Assembly: GCA_016715075.1 (NCBI GenBank)
Contig: JADKBK010000042.1
Coordinates: forward strand, 5,710 to 69,709
From: Bacteroidales bacterium
Lineage (GTDB): Bacteria; Bacteroidota; Bacteroidia; Bacteroidales; VadinHA17
DNA length: 64,000 nt
Direction of reading: 5' to 3'
Shown here: one piece after another, positions 32,754 to 40,384 of the stretch
How the letters are laid out: the number at the start of each line of letters is the position of its first letter
Position numbering within the stretch: position 1 is the first letter of the stretch
The notes under the pieces: model-generated
Told to the model about the DNA's origin: nothing
Database searches by the model: none
Seen by the model: only the letters and a program-made list of their open reading frames with translations
Translations under genes and position numbers: made by a program

Positions 32754-34940
32754 TCAGTTTCCCAGTTCAAGCTGATTCTTAACAAGATTAAAATATGAGC
32801 CGTTTTTCCGTATAAGCGATTCATGGGTTCCTGTTTCAACTATTCTTCCTCCATCGAGTACAACGATTTTATCAGCATTTCTCACAGTGCTTAAACGGTG
32901 TGCCACTACAAGGACTGTTTTACCTTCAAAAAAATCTGACAGGTTTTCCACAATTACCTTCTCGTTATTGGCATCAAGAGAGTTTGTGGCTTCATCAAAG
33001 ATGATTATTTCAGGATTTTTATAGACTACGCGGGCAATGAGCAGGCGTTGTTTCTGTCCTTCACTCAGGCCATGGCCGCTGGCTCCTATTTTCGTATTAT
33101 AACTGAGAGGAAGCGACTCAATAAATCCTTTTATATTAGCAGTTTCAGCTGCTTTCAACAGTCTGTCTATGTCAATCTCTTCAGTTCCCGGGGCAATATT
33201 GAATGCTATTGTATCCGGAAACAGAAATCCATCCTGCATTACAGCTCCTACCTTTTCCCTCCATATTCTGAGACTGAGATTTGTCAGTCTTGTATCTCCT
33301 ATAAGGATCTCTCCCGTCACAGGCTTATAAAATCCAAGAAGCATTTTCAGAAGTGTCGTTTTTCCGCTACCGCTGGTACCGACTATTGCAGTTATTTTAT
33401 TCTCTTCAATAAATAAGTCTATATCCTTAAGGGCGTATGGTGATCTGGGGCCTTCATACTGATAGGACAGGTTATTTATATAGATATCTTTCTTGTCGGG
33501 CAGTTTGCGGACTTTCATCTCAGGATCGGGCTCTTCGTTATCCATATGGTGCACTTCAGCAAGGCGATCCAGACTCATTTTGGCATCCTGGGCAATGCGG
33601 AAGAAACCAATGATCTGACTTACAGGAACATTTATCTGGCCTATTATGAACTGAACTGCCAGCATCATACCAAGGGTCATAGTCCCATTAAGTACCGATG
33701 TAGCAGCCATTATTGTTATAAGGACATTGGTTATTTCATTAATAAAGGTCGCACCGGCTGACTGGTACTGAATCAGTCCCAATCCCCTTACTTTAAGACC
33801 GAAAAGCGAAGCCTGGATCTTTTCCCAATCCCATCTCATTGCGACCTCACTCTGTGTAAGTTTGATCTCCTGCATGCCATTCACAATGTTGATCAGCTTG
33901 CTGCCAGAGAGTGACATCTTCCGGAAACGCTCCTGATCCAGTCTTCCCCTTGCTTTCATAAAGAGGGAAACCCAAATAATATAGAGTATTGTCCCGGCCA
34001 GAAATAATCCAAGTATCTTAATACTGAATATTGCAAGGACAATACCGAAAACGACCATATTAAAAAATGAGAATAAGATTGAAAGACTGGCTGAGGTAAG
34101 GAAATCCTCAATCCTGTTATTATCCTCAATCCGCTGAAGTATATCTCCTGTCAGTTTGGTATCAAAAAATGCGACAGGCAATGACATAAGTTTCTGAAGA
34201 AAGCCTGAGATTATTGCCACGTTAACCCTGGAACCTATATGCAGAAGCAGCCAGCTTCGTATAAACTCGACTGACATTCTGCCAAAAACAAGTGCAAGCT
34301 GGGCAAAGAGTATAAGGTAAATAAAGCCTATATCATTATTATTCAAACCTATATCAACAATTGACTGGGTAAGGAAAGGTATTAAAAGCTGAATACAGCT
34401 TCCCAGCAGCAACCCAAGAATTAGCTGCAGGAAATATTTCCTGTACAAGTGGAAATATTTAAAGAGGAATCTGAATCCATTTGCAGCATCCTGATCACTA
34501 TCTTCGTCATACAGTGCAGGTGTAGGCTCAATAATAAGAACAAGGCCAACAGGCTTTCCATCAGCCATTGTGGATGCCCAGTTTCTTATGAATTCTTCAT
34601 GACTGTATTTTACATGTCCCACGGCCGGATCGGCAACCCATATCTTGTCTGCGCTTATTTTGTAAACAACTATAAAATGTTTTTGCCTCCAGAACACAAT
34701 ACATGGCAAAGGAACATTCTCACTGAGCATTTCAAATGGAATTTTCACTCCTATGGTATGGAACCCGAGGGAGTCGGCTGCTTCAGACAAACCAAGAAAT
34801 GATACCCCTTCCCTGGTGATATAACATCTCTTCCTGAGTGATTCCAGTGAAAAACTCTTTTTGTAATATGCTGCAATCATCTTTAGACAGGATGGACCGC
34901 AGTCCATTCCATCAGGTTGTTTCACAAAGGGGAAAGACAT
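32754..34940 (-). CDS. Peptidase C39 domain-containing ABC transporter (double-glycine peptide cleavage and export)
   Basis: 728 aa. N-terminal C39 domain with QPDGMDCGPSCLKMIAAY (catalytic Cys) and KHFIVVYK...VADPA (His/Asp region). Six-TM domain. NBD with GTSGSGKTT, LSEGQKQR and IIIFDEATNSLD. Confidence 0.9.
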   Translation of the reverse strand: MSFPFVKQPDGMDCGPSCLKMIAAYYKKSFSLESLRKRCYITREGVSFLGLSEAADSLGFHTIGVKIPFEMLSENVPLPCIVFWRQKHFIVVYKISADKIWVADPAVGHVKYSHEEFIRNWASTMADGKPVGLVLIIEPTPALYDEDSDQDAANGFRFLFKYFHLYRKYFLQLILGLLLGSCIQLLIPFLTQSIVDIGLNNNDIGFIYLILFAQLALVFGRMSVEFIRSWLLLHIGSRVNVAIISGFLQKLMSLPVAFFDTKLTGDILQRIEDNNRIEDFLTSASLSILFSFFNMVVFGIVLAIFSIKILGLFLAGTILYIIWVSLFMKARGRLDQERFRKMSLSGSKLINIVNGMQEIKLTQSEVAMRWDWEKIQASLFGLKVRGLGLIQYQSAGATFINEITNVLITIMAATSVLNGTMTLGMMLAVQFIIGQINVPVSQIIGFFRIAQDAKMSLDRLAEVHHMDNEEPDPEMKVRKLPDKKDIYINNLSYQYEGPRSPYALKDIDLFIEENKITAIVGTSGSGKTTLLKMLLGFYKPVTGEILIGDTRLTNLSLRIWREKVGAVMQDGFLFPDTIAFNIAPGTEEIDIDRLLKAAETANIKGFIESLPLSYNTKIGASGHGLSEGQKQRLLIARVVYKNPEIIIFDEATNSLDANNEKVIVENLSDFFEGKTVLVVAHRLSTVRNADKIVVLDGGRIVETGTHESLIRKNGSYFNLVKNQLELGN

Positions 34941-35062
34941 TTTATTTTCCGGAAATATATATTTTGCAGGTAAAGATATTTATATTTTTAGTTAAGAATT
35001 GTGAAGTCATGATAAAATCACAACATGGCAAACTATTAACCGGTTTTGGATCAGGGAAATAT

Positions 35063-35070
35063 TATATTTG
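35063..35070 (+). promoter_or_regulatory. Candidate -7 promoter box (TATATTTG) for the sigma-factor gene
   Basis: Matches TAnnTTTG, 22 nt upstream of the ATG at 35092. A TTTG lies at 35045-35048, but the spacing is shorter than I recall for the consensus. Confidence 0.4.
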
Positions 35071-35091
35071 CCAATTGATTCTTACTGTCGG

Positions 35092-35661
35092 ATGAGTATT
35101 TTCAGAAAAATACCGGATTCAAAAATAATTGAAGGCATACGGCTTCAGGATGATAAGATCCTGAACTGGTTATATGACAGCTATTTGCCTGCAATAAAGA
35201 ATCATGTGTTAAAGAACAGCGGTTCTATTGATGATGTTTCTGATGTATTTCAGGATTCAATAATTGTTCTCTACAGGCAGATAACTGAAGAAAATCTTAA
35301 TCTTACAACCGACCTGAAAGGTTATTTCTTCGGCATTGCACGTAATGTCTGGAGTGCCCAGTTAAGAAAAAATCAAAAAAGTACCGCACTGGATATTGAT
35401 ATTCCGGATGATGAACCCGATGAATATTCAGACCCTTTGATGGAAAGGGTGGTGAGCAGGGCGTTTGAGAAACTCAAGCCTGATCAGCAGCTGATTCTGA
35501 GTCTGTTTTCTGAGGGCTATTCTTATGAAGATATTGCAGTTAAGATGAATCTTAAGAATGAATTATACGCACGAAGGAAAAAATATCTTTGCAAGGAGGC
35601 TCTGCTTGATCTTGTAAAGGGTGATGAGGAATATCAGGAATTTCTGCGCCTCCAGAAATAA
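35092..35661 (+). CDS. Sigma-70 family (ECF-like) RNA polymerase sigma factor
   Basis: Region 2-like DDVSDVFQDSIIVLYRQI...YFFGIARNVWSAQLRK. Region 4 HTH DQQLILSLFSEGYSYEDIAVKMNLKNELYARRKKYLCKEAL. The ATG at 35092 is preferred because the TTG at 35068 lies inside the putative -7 box. Confidence 0.8.
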   Translation: MSIFRKIPDSKIIEGIRLQDDKILNWLYDSYLPAIKNHVLKNSGSIDDVSDVFQDSIIVLYRQITEENLNLTTDLKGYFFGIARNVWSAQLRKNQKSTALDIDIPDDEPDEYSDPLMERVVSRAFEKLKPDQQLILSLFSEGYSYEDIAVKMNLKNELYARRKKYLCKEALLDLVKGDEEYQEFLRLQK

Positions 35662-37469
35662 ACTAAAACCACTGCAGATATAGCTGTTACTGCCAGAGCA
35701 AGTAAAATGTATGAATGTCTTGAATAATATAATGGACGGTTGTCACCATAAACAACAAGCGACGACCAGAAATAGGGATGTGACCTAAGCTGGTCTGCAT
35801 TGTGAAGATAACTCAACCTGGCTCGCCTCAGTGCTGCGCTTTTGGTGTATCCGGCTTTAAGGTTATCATAAAATCTTTTGACAATGTCTGTGCCCGACTT
35901 ATCTTCAATTTCCCACATAGCCATAACTACCGATTCACTGCCTGAATACATAAATCCGCGTGCAAGGCTTAAGATACCCTCCCCGGAAGACAGAAAACCC
36001 GCTCCTGAGTTGCATGAACTCAGGACCACCATTTTTGCCTTCAGAGGAATACTGTAGACCTCATAGGTTTTAAGAAATCTGTCATCGGCGGTATCATTTT
36101 CTGAACTGAATATCAATGTGGAATACATTGGATCCTTATCGTTCAAAACAGTATGCATTGCAAGATGGATAATATCGTATTTCCCTGATTCATTTTTATA
36201 GACGGCTTCCTTAGCTTCCTCGTTCTCGTATAATGTCCCGTTTGTCAGATCAGAAACATATTCTGCCTCCTGCTTGGCATAAGGAAGATCAGGAAGCATC
36301 CCGTTAGTCATCTGTCGGTTCATCAGCACTGATCCAATATTGATTGGTTCAGAATAACTAGGAGCAAAAGCTATCAGCCGGTTACTTATGCTTCTCACCT
36401 TTTTCATGGATTCTGCCATAAAAGTAACAGAATAGGTATATGAAATATCAAATTCATTCATCAGATAATTAATCTGATTATACAGCATCCTGTCGTTTGC
36501 GGAGGGAGATGCTGGAATAGTTTCGAAAGGAATATAGGAAAGAATATTATCAGGAGAGATCAATAGTTTTCTGGAGATAAGGAAAGGTCTGATTGGTTCG
36601 ACGATCTTACGATACAAACGATAGCCAATCTGCTGAAAATTCTCAAATGCCACCCTTGCATTTCCGGAGGAAGAGGGCATTGCAAGCAGAGCCCTGAATT
36701 CCCTTATATCAGCATAAAAATTGCTGTCAACCGGAATTACAAGAAGTTCCCTGTTTTTTCTGTTGGCCACAAAAATATATAACAGAGTGTCCGAAGCAAC
36801 ATAATTTATATAGTTGCCATTTCTTCCTATCACACCTGATATCTCATCCAATTTTGTTACTGTTGTATTATATTTTAGTGCAAAATAATCGGGGTATTTT
36901 TTTTCAAAAACATTCACCAGCGAATCTTTCATCAAAGTAGTTGCAAGTATTTTCTCACTCCATGTTTTTATCAGGATTGTATCAGGCCTGTCCTCCTGTA
37001 CCTCTTCATCTATCTTTGCATTCATGAGATTAATTTCGCTCCTGAGTTTCTTTTCCAGATTGGCAAGATCAAAAGGAATACTAAACTGTGAAGCGTTTAA
37101 TTCCCTTGTAGCAGCAAGCAAACCTGCTACCTTACTCTTTTCGAGATACTCAAAGGCCTCTTCAAGATAATCTCTATTGCCGGAGATATTATACAGAAGA
37201 TTAAAATCCCTTATGGCATTAAGATAAGAAATGCGGTAGTTATCGCCCAGAATAAGCCTGCTGTCGTCTTCACTTATATTAATACGTAACTTTTCAAGTA
37301 CTCCTACTATCAGTTTTGCAGTAGATGATGCAGTCTTAAGAATTTCGGTATCCTGAGTTTTATTGTATATATTCCACAAAACCAGATATTTCAACTGCAC
37401 GAATTTAAGAGAAGTTTTTTCCACTTTAATTGACTCCAAAGGTGGATTCATTAAAAAGATCTTTTTCAA
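35634..37469 (-). CDS. CHAT domain (caspase-like protease) protein with a C-terminal TM anchor
   Basis: 611 aa. Catalytic dyad contexts YDIIHLAMHTVLND (His) and KMVVLSSCNSGAGFL (Cys). C-terminal TM YILLALAVTAISAVVLVYFW followed by RRRNS. Overlaps the upstream TPR ORF by 44 nt. Confidence 0.85.
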   Translation of the reverse strand: MKKIFLMNPPLESIKVEKTSLKFVQLKYLVLWNIYNKTQDTEILKTASSTAKLIVGVLEKLRINISEDDSRLILGDNYRISYLNAIRDFNLLYNISGNRDYLEEAFEYLEKSKVAGLLAATRELNASQFSIPFDLANLEKKLRSEINLMNAKIDEEVQEDRPDTILIKTWSEKILATTLMKDSLVNVFEKKYPDYFALKYNTTVTKLDEISGVIGRNGNYINYVASDTLLYIFVANRKNRELLVIPVDSNFYADIREFRALLAMPSSSGNARVAFENFQQIGYRLYRKIVEPIRPFLISRKLLISPDNILSYIPFETIPASPSANDRMLYNQINYLMNEFDISYTYSVTFMAESMKKVRSISNRLIAFAPSYSEPINIGSVLMNRQMTNGMLPDLPYAKQEAEYVSDLTNGTLYENEEAKEAVYKNESGKYDIIHLAMHTVLNDKDPMYSTLIFSSENDTADDRFLKTYEVYSIPLKAKMVVLSSCNSGAGFLSSGEGILSLARGFMYSGSESVVMAMWEIEDKSGTDIVKRFYDNLKAGYTKSAALRRARLSYLHNADQLRSHPYFWSSLVVYGDNRPLYYSRHSYILLALAVTAISAVVLVYFWRRRNS

Positions 37470-38754
37470 TCAATTCCTTTCCTCCCATTTCCCTGCCGGC
37501 GAATAAAATAGATTGTATTACGTCAAGGGCTTTGTAATTGTCACCATTATCCGCAAGAGCTGTTGCATACCCTAGATACAGAGGCACTTTAAGGAACAGA
37601 TTGGTGTGATTTTTATTGAGATAATCAAGACAGAGAGTAAAATATTCGAGTGATTTTTTGTTGGTAATATTAAATTCCCGCAGATATTCGGCGTAATTAA
37701 ACAGCGCAATAAAATATAAAGGAGATTCTTCTCCGTTATGTTCACGTGCTCTTATCACAGCCTGTCTCAGCAAATATTCCCCTCTCATTTTACTGCCATC
37801 CAATGCAAGGATAATGGCATAGTTGTTGATAAAACTATATGCCGGCTCAGAATTAGTTGACAGGGCCATATCAAGTCCTTTCTGATAAAATTCTGCCGAT
37901 TTTGTAAGTAATCCAAGGTATCGGTAAGTCATTGCCAGGTTACCCAAAACAGCGGAGTAGTTCTCATCTTTCTGAAGCCTGCTGTCACTGTAAACTGACA
38001 CAAATTTTTCCAGGTAGACTTTAGCTTTTGTATAGTCCGCGGTACGAAGGTACAATACGCCAAGGTTGCTATAAAATCCTGCCAGGTCAGCCTGGTCAAT
38101 TGTCCCGGGATTTTTTCCTGAAATATTCAGAGCAACATTTGAATATTCAATTGCTTTTTCATAATCAAGAAGACCGATGCAGGCTGTGGTTAGATTAAAA
38201 TATGTCTGGATCGACAATGGGCTCATTTCTCCATAAATCTTTTTTTCTACTTCAAGTGAGCTTTCAGAATAACGTCTCTGCCCTTCATAATCTCCAATTC
38301 CAAAATATGCTATTCCCAGATTATAAAGTGTTTTTGCATATCTCTCATCTGATTCATTATGGCTCTCCTTATAGGCAGCAGTAGATTCAAGGAATTTAAT
38401 TGCCTCACCAAATCTTTTTTCCTTCAGACAGTAGACTCCGAGCAGATAAGTTGCTGTTGATAACTGCTCACTATCGGCATTTCCTGCTGATTTTACGCTG
38501 CGGTCCAGTTTCTCTGCAACAATTTTGGTTTTAACCGGATCACCTGTGATAAGAGAGCTAAGCATTGCTTTATTCAGCGCATCCATTGATTCATGGTCTG
38601 CATCAATATACTTACTGTCATTGCTGTCAAAAAGAGTTAAAGAACAAGTCGTTACAGAGCACAGATATCCACTGTTGCCTGCCAGTGAAAATATAGGACC
38701 GGCAAACAGTACTAAAATAAATGTCATTCTTACAATAAGACAATACTTACTCAT
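37426..38754 (-). CDS. Tetratricopeptide-repeat protein with an N-terminal signal peptide; may be the N-terminal part of one TPR-CHAT protein
   Basis: Signal MSKYCLIVRMTFILVLFAGPIFSLAG. Repeated TPR units (AKTLYNLGIAYFGIGDYEGQRRY..., AGFYSNLGVLYLRTADYTKAKVY..., SAVLGNLAMTYRYLGLLTKSAEFY...). The junction with the CHAT ORF contains A5/T5 runs. Confidence 0.8.
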   Translation of the reverse strand: MSKYCLIVRMTFILVLFAGPIFSLAGNSGYLCSVTTCSLTLFDSNDSKYIDADHESMDALNKAMLSSLITGDPVKTKIVAEKLDRSVKSAGNADSEQLSTATYLLGVYCLKEKRFGEAIKFLESTAAYKESHNESDERYAKTLYNLGIAYFGIGDYEGQRRYSESSLEVEKKIYGEMSPLSIQTYFNLTTACIGLLDYEKAIEYSNVALNISGKNPGTIDQADLAGFYSNLGVLYLRTADYTKAKVYLEKFVSVYSDSRLQKDENYSAVLGNLAMTYRYLGLLTKSAEFYQKGLDMALSTNSEPAYSFINNYAIILALDGSKMRGEYLLRQAVIRAREHNGEESPLYFIALFNYAEYLREFNITNKKSLEYFTLCLDYLNKNHTNLFLKVPLYLGYATALADNGDNYKALDVIQSILFAGREMGGKELIEKDLFNESTFGVN

Positions 38755-38810
38755 GGAAATTGTGGGCTGCATTCCAAAAGACAAAACTAACGATTTTTCA
38801 AATTACAGGG

Positions 38811-38818
38811 CAAAAATA
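38811..38818 (-). promoter_or_regulatory. Candidate -7 box (TATTTTTG on the minus strand) for the TPR-CHAT operon
   Basis: Plus-strand caaaaata at 38811-38818 is the complement of a TAnnTTTG match, 57 nt upstream of the ATG at 38754. Confidence 0.3.
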
Positions 38819-38999
38819 AAAATCATTAGTTCAAAATAATTCACTTTATATCTGCATGATAATCAGGCATTGTGAAAATATTTTAAAAATATTTGATTTT
38901 TCCGTGTCACAAAACGACAGGGATCGACATGTAACAAGGTAAATGATAAATGAACGAAGAATTACCCTGAATTAGTATAAATATAAAAAAAAGAAAATT

Positions 39000-39134
39000 A
39001 TGAAAGCCCTGAATTTCGAATCGACAAAAAGCATTTTTGATGAGTTTGTACTTACAAATGAAGAGATGATAACAGTACGTGGCGGAGATAAAGATCCAAC
39101 TCCGATGCCTGCAACACCTCCCATTAAAATCTGA
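39000..39134 (+). CDS. Small precursor peptide with a double-glycine (GG) leader; 15-aa proline-rich core
   Basis: My own translation gives MKALNFESTKSIFDEFVLTNEEMITVRGG|DKDPTPMPATPPIKI* (44 aa, too short for the ORF track). The L..EEM....GG leader is typical of Bacteroidetes GG-type precursors. It has an A-rich leader (aaaaaaaagaaaatt), and a C39-ABC/HlyD exporter lies 4 kb away in the same block. Confidence 0.7.
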   Translation: MKALNFESTKSIFDEFVLTNEEMITVRGGDKDPTPMPATPPIKI

Positions 39135-39300
39135 TTTTTTAAGCAAACATCATATTTACGCCAACGCGTCAGTGGCGGATTTGTCTGACAATATTTTTAT
39201 ATATTTATTGCACTTGGCATGATTAATCTGCAAGCCTGGATTTAAGTGACTGGCAGCCGGTTAATCAAACGAAATGAACTTCATGAAGTTTTAAATCGGA

Positions 39301-39360
39301 GGGTTTTGCATCCTGACCGTCCACTCCCGGATTTTTCCGGGATGGATAAATGCAAAACCC
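39301..39360. repeat. Nested inverted repeat (60-nt stem-loop within a stem-loop)
   Basis: Outer arms gggttttgcat (39301-39311) and atgcaaaaccc (39350-39360) are perfect 11-bp complements. Inner hairpin tcccgg (39325-39330) / ccggga (39337-39342) has a 6-nt loop. Confidence 0.8.
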
Positions 39361-39389
39361 GGGGTTAAAACAGATTGAAATGCAATTGA

Positions 39390-39600
39390 GGGAATATGAA
39401 TTCTCATTTTGTGGGAATTATAATTTCTTAATAGTCGGGATGATGAATTCTCATTTTGGGGAATTATCATTTCTTGATAGACGGGATGATGAATTCTCAT
39501 TTTGGGGAATTATCATTTCTTGATAGACGGGAATATAACTTCTCATTCTGAGGAATTATAATTTCTCAATGGACGGGAATTTGAATTCTCAATAATTGTC
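39390..39600. repeat. 46-bp tandem direct repeat array (about 4.6 copies) carrying 8-9 copies of GAATTnT(C/A)ATTT
   Basis: Units are 39390-39436, 39437-39482, 39483-39528, 39529-39574 and the partial 39575-39600. Units 2 and 3 are identical. The array ends 18 nt before the ATG at 39619. Confidence 0.9.
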
Positions 39601-39618
39601 AACTATATTATAATACAT

Positions 39619-40364
39619 ATGAAAACAATCGATTTTTCACATTTCATTGAAAAGTATATTGCCGGCGAGATGGGAGAAGATGAGAAGCAATGGTTCGAAA
39701 AAGAACTCGAGGGCAATGCAAATCTCCGTGCTGAGGTTGATCTCAGAAAAAAAACAGATCTGGTACTTAAGAACCAGAATATAATCACATTAAGGAATAA
39801 GCTTTCAGTTATTGAAAACAACGTCGTGAAGCTGAAATTAGTGTTACCTCTTCATCACGACCTCTTTATTTCAGATATGCGGCAGCACTGGCGGTAATGG
39901 CAGTGATCGGAGGTACATTCCTTTACTCAGGTAAAAACCAGGGAGGTGATGTGATCGACCGGTACTATAAAATTTATGAACCACCTACAAGTCAAAGGTC
40001 AGGAATTATTGAAGCGAATGCAGATTTCACTCTTGCATTGGAATTTTACAATACTAATGACTTTGCCAATGCTGCACTGTTTTTCAGCAAAGTTGTAGAG
40101 AGCAATCCAAAAGATATGCAATCTGTTCTGCTGAACGGAGTATCAAACTTTGAGGATAAGAAATATCCGGAGGCAAAACTATCATTTTCGACTGTAATTG
40201 CTGATAACAACAACCTTTTCATAGAGACAGCCAAATGGTACCTGGCACTCTGCTACGTAAAAACGAATGAAAAAGAGAAGGCAATAAATCAGTTGCAGAT
40301 CATTACCAGGGAGGATGGCATTTACAGCAAAGATGCCGGAAAGATCTTAAGAAAACTTAAATAA
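39619..40364 (+). CDS. Anti-sigma-like single-pass membrane protein with a periplasmic TPR domain (homopolymer frameshift at 39815-39818)
   Basis: N-terminus FIEKYIAGEMGEDEKQWFEKELEGNANLRAEVDL resembles anti-sigma N-domains. Reading one frame over from 39816 gives KQRREAEISVTSSSRPLYFRYAAALAVMAVIGGTFLY (TM), which joins ORF 39897-40364 (TPR: ...ALEFYNTNDFANAALFFSKVVESNP...). Confidence 0.7.
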
Positions 40365-40384
40365 ACAGACAGAGGCTGTACATT

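Noticed and set aside
38907-39500. Minus-strand ORFs 38907-39146 (79 aa) and 39291-39500 (69 aa).
   Set aside because: The first is antisense to the GG-leader peptide ORF and is low complexity. The second is generated by reading through the tandem repeats and hairpin, so its sequence is internally repetitive. Neither shows protein-like features.
39390-39600. Possible CRISPR array, given regularly spaced repeats.
   Set aside because: The units are contiguous head-to-tail copies with no unique spacers between them. No cas genes are in the window. The 46-bp period is fully accounted for by the repeat itself.
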